Shown here: positions 38,045 through 45,891 of the stretch, piece after piece | Layout: every line of letters starts with the position of its first letter | Position numbering within the stretch: position 1 is the stretch's first letter | From: a virus | Taxonomy: Duplodnaviria; Caudoviricetes | Direction: 5' to 3' (one strand) | Virus record (IMG/VR): IMGVR_UViG_2841770359_000005 | Coordinates: 804 to 64,803 of that record | DNA length: 64,000 nucleotides | Made by a program: the position numbers and the translations under genes | Notes under the pieces: generated by a model | The model's database searches: none | Seen by the model: the letters and a program-made list of their open reading frames with translations, nothing else | Told to the model about the DNA's origin: nothing

Positions 38045-39154
38045 ATGTGGGTAGAAGAAATAAAAAATGGGAAATTTAGAATGGTTGAACGATACACTGA
38101 TTATATGACTGGAAAAACAAAAAAAGTCTCTGTCACTATGGAAAAGAATACTGCACAGGCTCGAAAGATAGCAGCCAAAGCACTCAGCCAAAAAATTGAT
38201 AAAGCATTGTGCACACAACAACATAATACAACCACACTATCAGTGCTGGTTCAAAAATATAGAGAAGACCAGATGAAGACAGTAAAGGTTTCCACTTACA
38301 AACGGAATTATCATGCCTGCAATACACTTATGGGAATATTAGGGGAAAATACTATCGTTGAAAGGATGACCGCTAAGTACATCCATGACAAGTTTCTGGA
38401 AACTGGCAAGGATCCGGGCACATTAAATGAGCACCTTACCAGATTAAAAGCGCTGATCAGATGGGGTTACAAGAATGAATTGCTCTCTGATATAACATTT
38501 CTTGACAAGATTGAACCGTTTAAGGATATCCCTCATAAAGTAAAGATACAAGACAAATATCTTGAAAACGATGAATTAAAGATATTATTAGACGGCATGG
38601 ATGATACAGTCTGGAGGCTTCTAACGGAATTACTGGTATTATCAGGATTACGTTTCGGCGAAGCTGCAGCCTTAAAAAAAAGTGATGTCGATTTTGAACA
38701 TCATGTAATCCGTATTACTAAAACATTTGATTCTGTCAACGAGCTTGTTACAGCCCCTAAAAGCACATGTTCGATCCGGGATGTGTATATTCAAGAAGAG
38801 TTAAACACGGTATGCAAAGAACTGAATACTGAAATGTTAAAACGCCGATTAATGAACGGTATTAAGAACTCACCATTGTTTCTCTTTGATGCTCAGGGGG
38901 GTCACATTCATTATTATGCATATAACAAATATTTAAAAGAAAATTCTTTACGTCTGATCGGTAGGAAGATTACGCCACATGCACTCAGACACACGCACGC
39001 TTCCCTGCTCCTTGAAAACGGTGTAAGCATAGATACTATATCAAGGCGCCTTGGACATGAGAACAGTAAGGTAACAAAGGAAATATATCTGCATGTTACA
39101 GAGAAATTAAAAGAGAAAGATAATGAGAAGATAGCTCATATAAATATTTTGTAA
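38045..39154 (+). CDS. int: Tyrosine integrase
   Basis: SGLRFGEA, H.LRHTHAS, RLGH, Y; AAGGAGG RBS before ATG 38045. Confidence 0.95.
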   Translation: MWVEEIKNGKFRMVERYTDYMTGKTKKVSVTMEKNTAQARKIAAKALSQKIDKALCTQQHNTTTLSVLVQKYREDQMKTVKVSTYKRNYHACNTLMGILGENTIVERMTAKYIHDKFLETGKDPGTLNEHLTRLKALIRWGYKNELLSDITFLDKIEPFKDIPHKVKIQDKYLENDELKILLDGMDDTVWRLLTELLVLSGLRFGEAAALKKSDVDFEHHVIRITKTFDSVNELVTAPKSTCSIRDVYIQEELNTVCKELNTEMLKRRLMNGIKNSPLFLFDAQGGHIHYYAYNKYLKENSLRLIGRKITPHALRHTHASLLLENGVSIDTISRRLGHENSKVTKEIYLHVTEKLKEKDNEKIAHINIL

Positions 39155-39173
39155 TTTGCCCCTTTTTTGCCCC
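39155..39173. repeat. Integrase arm-type-like direct repeat (prophage 1)
   Basis: TTTGCCCC x2, 11-bp period, between the int stop and the tRNA. Confidence 0.5.
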
Positions 39174-39245
39174 ATTTTCATTTTTTCATAAACAAAAAAG
39201 TGCCAGAACCCATTGTAAAATAAGGATTCCAACACTTTGGTGTAC

Positions 39246-39326
39246 TGCGGATAACAGGACTTGAACCTGCACGTCGTAGACACCAGAACCTAAATCTGGC
39301 GCGTCTGCCAATTCCGCCATATCCGC
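39246..39326 (-). tRNA. tRNA-Leu(TAG), intact; probable attachment site of prophage 1
   Basis: GCGGATA/TATCCGC acceptor stem, TGG D-loop, CCAGA-TTTAGGT-TCTGG anticodon arm, long variable arm, GTTCAAGTC. Confidence 0.95.
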
Positions 39327-39368
39327 ATATATTGAAAAAAAATAGGAACAAGCCCTTGCTTGTTCCAG

Positions 39369-39413
39369 TGAAGCATCGGGGATTCGAACCCCGGACAACT
39401 TGATTAAAAGTCA
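39369..39413 (-). pseudogene. 3' half of tRNA-Lys(TTT) = att duplication of prophage 2
   Basis: TGACTTTTAATCA anticodon loop plus GGTTCGAATCC T arm; no 5' half upstream. Confidence 0.85.
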
Positions 39414-39488
39414 TGTTACCTAACTGCCCTGGAACCGCATAAATGCTGGATTTTTTTAATGTATCTGAGTCAAAATTGAGACATTATG

Positions 39489-39517
39489 ATTTTATATTAT
39501 TTTCCAAACTTTGTCAA
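39489..39517 (-). promoter_or_regulatory. Outward-facing sigma-A promoter toward att/tRNA-Leu
   Basis: TTGACA-17-TAAAAT on the minus strand. Confidence 0.65.
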
Positions 39518-39533
39518 TGGTGAATTTATCCAG

Positions 39534-39588
39534 TTGACAAACAGAATGTATGTTCGTATAATTAAAGCATACAGCAAACAAATGTTCT
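39534..39588 (+). promoter_or_regulatory. Sigma-A promoter with two LexA-box-like sites
   Basis: TTGACA-17-TATAAT; AGAATGTATGTTCG (39543-39556) and CAAACAAATGTTCT (39575-39588). Confidence 0.7.
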
Positions 39589-39606
39589 GTTTTTATCAGA
39601 AAGAAG

Positions 39607-39798
39607 GTGGCTCGCATGAAAGATATAATCTTTGAGAATCACGATGCCTACTTATTATATAATGCGGCATTGGAGAAGAACCCTGAGTTACCCGCACACG
39701 GCAGCATATCCGTACAGTATGCCCTGTACCTATATTACAAGGCATATCCAGAAGAACGCCCCATAGGATATAGATACAAACGACATATGTTGGCGTAA
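39607..39798 (+). CDS. Small putatively SOS-regulated hypothetical protein
   Basis: AGAAGG RBS directly after the LexA-boxed promoter; exact start uncertain. Confidence 0.6.
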   Translation: MARMKDIIFENHDAYLLYNAALEKNPELPAHGSISVQYALYLYYKAYPEERPIGYRYKRHMLA

Positions 39799-39824
39799 TG
39801 TCGAAAACTGTCCACAATTATCTA

Positions 39825-40188
39825 TTGCTCTAATCCCAATTATGTTGTATCATTTATTTGCAACCAGAGGTATGAATATTCTTTTTCGTCGTGGAACGGC
39901 CGGCACTGTAATGGTGTTGGTCGTTTTGCGTATCAGCTTGCTTCCTGCTCCGCATTAAATTTCTTATCATTTATTGACCTTATCGGTATTTTATAGCAGG
40001 CTTATCTCATATTATAAATAGAACTTAATGGTTCGCTCTTCTCTTTTTTATGGCCGGCATTATAATGGTGTCGGCCGTTTTGTACTTGACATCAGAGCTT
40101 CCAAGCGTTATTATTGAAAAACTGGTAATACTTCCACCATTTCCTTCTTTGTCTGAGAGGCTATACTTTATGTATAGTCTCTTTATTT
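39825..40188 (+). ncRNA. Putative array of three short RNAs (promoter, unique segment, terminator hairpin)
   Basis: Three 17-bp-spaced promoters and three hairpins; hairpins 1 and 2 are 28/33 identical with only GC/GU stem changes. Confidence 0.5.
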
Positions 40189-40197
40189 ATGGCCACT

Positions 40198-40228
40198 AAA
40201 AAGGCCCCGGCGGGAGACCCGGAGCCTT
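40198..40228 (-). terminator. Rho-independent terminator after the endolysin
   Basis: AAGGCTCCGG..CCGGGGCCTTTTT on minus strand. Confidence 0.7.
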
Positions 40229-40263
40229 ACAGCGTTTTACAGTGGCACTCTGTGCGTTGATAG

Positions 40264-41301
40264 TTACAGTAGTGCTCCTGTTTTATCAGTATAGCACATC
40301 TTACCAGACTTGTCCACGTAGTAGACATTGCCGCCTGTCCTTACCAGCTCATCCGCCGTCATCGCTCCATTGGCTTTCAGATAGTACCAGTTATTCTTCC
40401 ACTCAATCCAACCGGTTTTCATCCAGCCTGTGGCGTCAAAAAAGAACCACACGCCCCCGATTTTCTCCCAGTCATTTTTCACATATCCGCCGTCTGCATG
40501 GCGGTACCACCAGCGGCCATCCCTTACCTGTATCCAATTGTTCTGCTTCAGGAATACTTTCACAGCAGCTTTTGTCTTTTCCCCGACACATCCATCTGGA
40601 TCAGCACCCACAAGGCGCTGTACGCGGATAGTCTGTGCCTCTGTATCTGGGCCAAAGTCACCATCTTCATTCACATTGCTGCCAAATACATTTAATGTTT
40701 TCTGCCATTCACTGACTGCGTTCCCTGTGTCTCCTTTTGACAGCCATCCTTTTGTATTAACTGCAGGAGTGCTGCCAGACAGAGCGTTACCGGTAATACC
40801 GGCAACAATGGCATTTGCCATTTTATCCGCTGTATACTTTGAGGCATCGTCTGCATTATCACAAAAACAGCACTCAACCAACAGGGCCGGGCTTGATGTG
40901 CGCCGCAGCACATAGAGACTGGAATTAGTCTTCACCCCGCCGCCTCTCTTGATATACCCTAATTCACCAATCCTGTCAGCAATCCTCTGGGCGTATGGTT
41001 CTGCCGCTGTGCCCCAGTTGTAAACAAATACTTCTGTTCCCTGTGCCTGTCCATTGAAGCAATTAAAGTGGATGGATACGTCCAGATCCACGGCGTGAGC
41101 ATTGCATTTTGCCACGATTGCGGCCAGGTTTCCGCTTACACTGCCAGAATCCTCGTCAGTACAGTCATATACTGTGTGACCTGCCGAGCGGAGCTTACTG
41201 ATTACTAGGTCTTTTACCTTCCGGTCCTCAACGGTTTCAGAAAATATACCGGAAGCTCCAGGGGCTTTAAAGTTATGTCCTGCATGTACATTAATTTTCA
41301 T
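40264..41301 (-). CDS. Endolysin: Amidase_3, peptidoglycan-binding domain, cell-wall-binding repeats
   Basis: HAGH, SIHFN, LVECCFCD; DGDFGP.T; GW....WYY repeats. Confidence 0.93.
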   Translation of the reverse strand: MKINVHAGHNFKAPGASGIFSETVEDRKVKDLVISKLRSAGHTVYDCTDEDSGSVSGNLAAIVAKCNAHAVDLDVSIHFNCFNGQAQGTEVFVYNWGTAAEPYAQRIADRIGELGYIKRGGGVKTNSSLYVLRRTSSPALLVECCFCDNADDASKYTADKMANAIVAGITGNALSGSTPAVNTKGWLSKGDTGNAVSEWQKTLNVFGSNVNEDGDFGPDTEAQTIRVQRLVGADPDGCVGEKTKAAVKVFLKQNNWIQVRDGRWWYRHADGGYVKNDWEKIGGVWFFFDATGWMKTGWIEWKNNWYYLKANGAMTADELVRTGGNVYYVDKSGKMCYTDKTGALL

Positions 41302-41348
41302 AGATTACTCCTTCCTGCCAGCGTTGCGCCGGCGCAAAAAGAGGACGA

Positions 41349-41762
41349 TCACTCGCCCTCTGTCCCCTTATCTCTCAACTGCAGTAACACTTCTTTTAAC
41401 TTATCCGGTACCGGTATAAACTCCGCTGCGTTTTCCAACAGGCTTAATGCTTCGTTAGCAATATAAAACATAATGACTACTTCCCGGAGCGGCACCTTGC
41501 CCCCCATAAGTCCCTGAATCGCATAGGACACGGCAATCACGATAAACATAACTATCTTTTTCAGCAGCCCCTTAAACCCGATTTCAGATGACAGCAGCTT
41601 GTTGTAAATAGCTTTGATGCAGCCAGTTATGTAGTCCAAAACTGCCAGGAATACGATTGTTTTCAGCAGCACGTCCCATCCGCCCAGCCAGTAAGCCAGG
41701 AATCCACCAATCACGCCACCGGCTACACTGATCCAGTTAAATAATCTCTCCATTCTCTTCAT
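41349..41762 (-). CDS. Phage holin
   Basis: DYITG...SSEIGFKGLLKK...NEALSLLEN; dual start MKRM. Confidence 0.9.
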   Translation of the reverse strand: MKRMERLFNWISVAGGVIGGFLAYWLGGWDVLLKTIVFLAVLDYITGCIKAIYNKLLSSEIGFKGLLKKIVMFIVIAVSYAIQGLMGGKVPLREVVIMFYIANEALSLLENAAEFIPVPDKLKEVLLQLRDKGTEGE

Positions 41763-41846
41763 TTACCTCATCTCTTTCTTTGACTTTTCGCATAATAAAG
41801 AACCGTCTCCGGTCCTGCTCTGATCTCGTTGTGTTTATCCACGTCA

Positions 41847-42035
41847 TCATTCCTCAGCCAGATCCTCCATGCCCGAGTCCACAAGGATCTCTTTCACCTT
41901 CACCTTCAGCAGACGCGGAACCTGCTCATAAGTTTTCTTTCCCAGCATGATCTGCTGCGCCCATAACATTGCCATCATTTCTTTACCGTCCTTTCCTGTT
42001 ATCATAATCATGAGATTGGTTAATAAGTTACACAT
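41847..42035 (-). CDS. Small XkdX/CD1375-like protein
   Basis: GKKTYEQVP.LLK..V..IL motif before the holin. Confidence 0.65.
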   Translation of the reverse strand: MCNLLTNLMIMITGKDGKEMMAMLWAQQIMLGKKTYEQVPRLLKVKVKEILVDSGMEDLAEE

Positions 42036-42384
42036 AGACCGCCTCCGACATTTCCAGCAGGCATTCTGTCAGAATCTGGATTGTTTCTGCCTGTTCCTGC
42101 ACCTGTTCCTCAAGGCTTTTGGGTTGTGATGGCGTGTAGTCCAGATATCTTTCCGGATTGCTCTCTACGCCCTCTCTGGTTATGTTATCCGTGGAATCAC
42201 GGAACTGGTTGAAATCATATTCCCAGTAGGCGTCCTTGGTTGTGTGTGTCTCTCCAAACTCGTCCACCTGGGAGCTTTCATCAGTTACCTCCTGACCGTT
42301 AAGACAGATCGTCACATCTACCATGCCCTGATCAAGCGGCTGCCAGCGTACTGCCGGCTGCTCTGTTGTGAATCTTGCTTTCAA
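42028..42384 (-). CDS. Acidic tail-fibre assembly-type protein (XkdW-like)
   Basis: C-terminal short coiled coil ...LTECLLEMSE; GGAGGG RBS with TTG start. Confidence 0.55.
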   Translation of the reverse strand: MKARFTTEQPAVRWQPLDQGMVDVTICLNGQEVTDESSQVDEFGETHTTKDAYWEYDFNQFRDSTDNITREGVESNPERYLDYTPSQPKSLEEQVQEQAETIQILTECLLEMSEAVYV

Positions 42385-43552
42385 TGCTTACCCTCCTTTT
42401 CGCGTATTTCATCAGTTGCTCTATTCCATACTTCTTTTTGAAGTGATCGGAATCTGAATTTTTGAACCAGCCGAAATATGAAATGCAGCGGTACGCCAGA
42501 TCTAGTGCTATCTCCATGCGCCGCTGCACCTGTTTCCTCAATCTCAGATATGCCCGTCTTGCCCGGAGGAATATGCTCCGGCGGACTTCTGTGTGGTCCC
42601 TATAAATTTTGTAGCCCATCATATCAATGCAATCACCGTGATGCTTTCCGTCTTTGCCGATATAATCAACCTGGAACAGTTTCCAGTTCGGTTTTATCTC
42701 CAGTTCCAACTCCTCTTTGAAAAATTGGATCAGCATGAGCATGGCCTTTTTGACGTCTGCCTTTCGCGGTCCCAGAATCAGGATATCATCCATATAAAAG
42801 ATGATTTTATAGAACAGTCTTGTCCGTTTCTCCTGTCCGCGCCGTTTCTGCACCTTAAAGAGTTTCTGTTGTGCGTAGTGATAGGCAAAACTGAGGTAAT
42901 AATTGCATAGCCACTGGCTCAGGTATGAACCAATGGACAGCCCTTGCTTGTATGAGCCGATCAGCGTCTCCACTAAATAAAGCAGGTCATCATTTTTGAC
43001 CTGCTTTCTCAGAAACCTCATGAGTTTTCTTGTGTTAATGGACGGATAACAGTGCCGCACATCAGCCTTGGCTCCTGCCCTCGTTTTGTCCGGATTCTTC
43101 CGGATCCATCTCTCTATTGCATTCTTGCCGTATACCTGGCCGCGGCCTGGTACGCTGGCACATTGATATTTTCCTATCTTTCTTTCAAATAATTCTTTCA
43201 GAGCATTGACCGCTACATAGTTGTATATCTGCTGTTTGATGCTCTCCACGCCTATCTCCCTGAGCTTTCCGGAATTTCCGTCATATCTCATGGAGTAGGA
43301 TATTGCAGAAAATGACACGTTTCTTGTGTCTATCTCCTGCGCCATCTCCGCTGCAGCTTTCTCTATCAGCGGAGTTGCGACGCTCCTGTCTGCTTTGATC
43401 TGTCTGTGCAACTCACGTTTTGTCGTGTTTGCTGTGTAGCCTGCCAGGAACCCGGCTACATCCAACCGGCTCCATTTATCTGACAGGCACTCCCGTATAG
43501 CTGCCTTTATCCATTCGGCATCCAGGCGTATATTTTTACAGTATCTTTTCAA
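42332..43552 (-). CDS. DGR reverse transcriptase
   Basis: KLREI, ASVPGRG, KADVRHCYPSI, GLSIGSYLSQ (DGR-type), FYMDD; TTG start after GAGGA. Confidence 0.95.
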   Translation of the reverse strand: MKRYCKNIRLDAEWIKAAIRECLSDKWSRLDVAGFLAGYTANTTKRELHRQIKADRSVATPLIEKAAAEMAQEIDTRNVSFSAISYSMRYDGNSGKLREIGVESIKQQIYNYVAVNALKELFERKIGKYQCASVPGRGQVYGKNAIERWIRKNPDKTRAGAKADVRHCYPSINTRKLMRFLRKQVKNDDLLYLVETLIGSYKQGLSIGSYLSQWLCNYYLSFAYHYAQQKLFKVQKRRGQEKRTRLFYKIIFYMDDILILGPRKADVKKAMLMLIQFFKEELELEIKPNWKLFQVDYIGKDGKHHGDCIDMMGYKIYRDHTEVRRSIFLRARRAYLRLRKQVQRRMEIALDLAYRCISYFGWFKNSDSDHFKKKYGIEQLMKYAKRRVSIESKIHNRAAGSTLAAA

Positions 43553-43773
43553 GACTGTTTGTCCTCGTTTCTTGATAAAGTGGTTTTCGGTTTTTCTACT
43601 CACCCCACCCATGACCTACTGCATCATGAGTCCGTGTGCCAGGCTCCTGTGCTCCCAGTCACACGGTTTGGCTACAATCAAATTTCGGGATATGCCCCAC
43701 GCACCCGCTTTCCGGTGGCTCCGTTCCTACAGAGCGAAATGTAACGCTGAATTTCAAATATTTTCAAGAAAAT

Positions 43774-43874
43774 CCGGAGACGATATTCCAGTTCGTGTTC
43801 GACCAGCCATTGTTCGCATTTAGAATCCAGAGGCCAGCATTCGCGCCATTGTTCAAATTGCCCAGCGCAAGCCA
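43774..43874 (-). ncRNA. DGR template repeat (TR)
   Basis: 101-bp copy of the VR; 10 AAY codons in the target frame; 24 adenines. Confidence 0.95.
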
Positions 43875-43920
43875 ACAGGAAAACCGCTCAGAAAGCGTAA
43901 CAAGTCCGTTATATTGTTAT

Positions 43921-43936
43921 GAGGGGAAGCCCCCTC
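43921..43936. promoter_or_regulatory. DGR target-recognition hairpin/cruciform candidate
   Basis: GAGGGG-AAGC-CCCCTC just after the target stop codon. Confidence 0.7.
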
Positions 43937-43938
43937 TG

Positions 43939-45891
43939 TCAGGCTGCCGCCTGCCATTCACCCCTGGTGCCATTTGGCGAAACGCCGGAGACGATATACC
44001 AGTTCGTGCTCGACCAGCCATAGTACGCACGAAGAATCCAGAGGCCAGCAACCGCGCCAAGGTTCAAACTGCCCAGCGCAAGCCACTCCCTCTGGCCGGA
44101 TGTTCCCGTATCTGTATAAAGCCCGTCAGCAAAGCCTGTGGTAGATCCAGCCCCCGTTCCTGTCGGAATCATAATCCCCAGATCCGTGTCTGTGGTTTCT
44201 TCGGTTATATATCTCCAACTTGCCTCGGTATATGGCACCTGTGCTATTGCTTTCTTGTAGCTTGCGCGTACCGTTGCAATGGTACTGGACAGCGTGCTGG
44301 CATCCTGGCACACATACACATCTCTGGCCGGGTTTCCATCCTCGCCTGTTACAATATCCGTTACCACATTGCCCAGCACCTCATAAGCTCCCACGCCGGT
44401 CTCAATACCCTGAATTTTAAAGGCGTATTTCCCATTGGTATTGTTGCCCAGGGAGCCATCCGATCCGGCCACCTCATCTGTGGATCCGGAACGCCAGGGC
44501 ATGGTAGAGATACAGGTTGTAAGTGTCGTATCAAAAGCCTCCGGAGCATCTACATAAATGGCAGCATTTACATCATCCACATCCTCAATTTTCAGTATCT
44601 TCACACTGTATGCCAGATTGTGCATATATGCATAATATCTATCATTGTTTGTGGCTTCGCCCATTTCTCCAATGGAAACATATGATCCGACCACATAGGA
44701 TGCCGCCTGTGACTTTGTGAGGATCACTCTGGTCACGCCGGTTCCTTCCACCAGGTTCATGTACTGCGCGGTGTAGCTTGTACATCCGGCCATGATACTC
44801 TGGCTGTGTGTGGTGCCGTATTTAATAATCATCATCAGCTGCCTATAGAATAAATCCCAGCTCGTTGTACCGCAGTAATGTCCGCCCAGTTTGTGCATGT
44901 AGACGATCATGCCGGTGTAGCTGACCGGGTTCTTTGCTTCCTCAGCCTGGCACCCGTTAGCCGGAGCCAGTCCCTTTGATGAGTATGGTGCACCCTCAAT
45001 GTCTCCTGCTACATACTTCGCGTGGATCATGAACGGGCTGAGTGTTCCATCCGGGTTAATGGACTCTTTCATAGGGTGCGGCGTTAGTTCCGTCTGGCTG
45101 TCAGAATAGTGGTACAGGACTGCCTCCGCCGTGTCCTCGATGCCGAACCATGCGCTCATTGTAACCTCTCCGACCTGTACCTTGCCGTACTTGGTAAATC
45201 CAATCTGGCCCTCCAGAGCATCTATATGGTTGAAACCATTCTCGTCTACAGAAAAATTACAAGTGAAGTGATGGAACAGGCCGTACCGTTCGTAATCATC
45301 CCGGCCTTTTTGTCTGCCCACAGATGGCTCACAGACCATTCCCTCATTGGCGTTCATCTTCACGCCCACCGGACTGGTTGATGTTGCGTATTTATAGATT
45401 TTCGTGGTAAATACCAGCCCATTTCTGCGGAGGGCAAAATAATTGGAAAGAGCCTGCTCCACTCCGCCACCCGCCTCTTTGATGGCATCAATCTGGGCTC
45501 TCCCAATCGTCTCTATATTTTTGATTGACTCTGCGGCGGTTGCCTGGACATTCTGTACCTGCGCGGTGCCCTCTGCCTGTACTCTGGATACCTGGGTGTC
45601 TCCGGCTGTGTTTACACGCTGAGTCTGGGTATTTCCAGCCGTATTTACGCGCTCTGTTTGTGACTGACCAAGATTACCAATATCTGCAAGGGCCTGCTGT
45701 ACTGTAAGGTCAAAATCATTTACCATCTTCCTCATTTCAGCAATGTCTTCATCTGTCGCGATTAGTTTGATTTTATTCGGCCCATGACAGTACCGCATCA
45801 AACCTGTATCCGTAGATATAGCCAGCTCACCGACACTCATTCTTTCAGGGATAAAGTCCTTTTCAAGCCCTATCCTCATTGTAATTGCCAT
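43939..45891 (-). CDS. DGR target: tail fibre / receptor-binding protein with C-terminal variable (CLec-like) region
   Basis: VR at C-terminus; N-terminal GELAISTDTG domain; 11-aa stalk repeats. Confidence 0.88.
   Translation of the reverse strand: MAITMRIGLEKDFIPERMSVGELAISTDTGLMRYCHGPNKIKLIATDEDIAEMRKMVNDFDLTVQQALADIGNLGQSQTERVNTAGNTQTQRVNTAGDTQVSRVQAEGTAQVQNVQATAAESIKNIETIGRAQIDAIKEAGGGVEQALSNYFALRRNGLVFTTKIYKYATSTSPVGVKMNANEGMVCEPSVGRQKGRDDYERYGLFHHFTCNFSVDENGFNHIDALEGQIGFTKYGKVQVGEVTMSAWFGIEDTAEAVLYHYSDSQTELTPHPMKESINPDGTLSPFMIHAKYVAGDIEGAPYSSKGLAPANGCQAEEAKNPVSYTGMIVYMHKLGGHYCGTTSWDLFYRQLMMIIKYGTTHSQSIMAGCTSYTAQYMNLVEGTGVTRVILTKSQAASYVVGSYVSIGEMGEATNNDRYYAYMHNLAYSVKILKIEDVDDVNAAIYVDAPEAFDTTLTTCISTMPWRSGSTDEVAGSDGSLGNNTNGKYAFKIQGIETGVGAYEVLGNVVTDIVTGEDGNPARDVYVCQDASTLSSTIATVRASYKKAIAQVPYTEASWRYITEETTDTDLGIMIPTGTGAGSTTGFADGLYTDTGTSGQREWLALGSLNLGAVAGLWILRAYYGWSSTNWYIVSGVSPNGTRGEWQAAA
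43985..44085 (-). repeat. DGR variable repeat (VR)
   Basis: 89/101 identical to TR; all 12 differences at TR adenines. Confidence 0.95.

Larger units (their letters stand above)
1..39245. mobile_element. Prophage 1 (temperate siphovirus; left/lysis end runs off the window)
   Basis: Ordered integrase-repressor-replication-packaging-head-tail-holin modules; integrase end abuts the 3' end of tRNA-Leu. Confidence 0.95.

Noticed and set aside
39178-39414. ORFs across the att region
   Set aside because: They overlap the tRNA sequences and have no RBS.
39369-39440. Intact tRNA-Lys
   Set aside because: No D arm or 5' acceptor strand upstream of the anticodon stem.
42028-42384. Candidate Avd (right size, next to the RT)
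   Set aside because: Acidic and mostly non-helical in pattern, paired with an XkdX-like gene as in ordinary tail-lysis junctions; not confirmed by HMM.
42332-43612. RT as group II intron, retron or Abi RT
   Set aside because: The adjacent TR/VR pair with A-only mismatches and the SQ motif identify it as a DGR RT.
43636-44685. 349-aa + strand ORF with internal repeat, and the 65-aa ORF over the TR
   Set aside because: Shadow frames of the target, TR and VR; the repeat is simply TR/VR.
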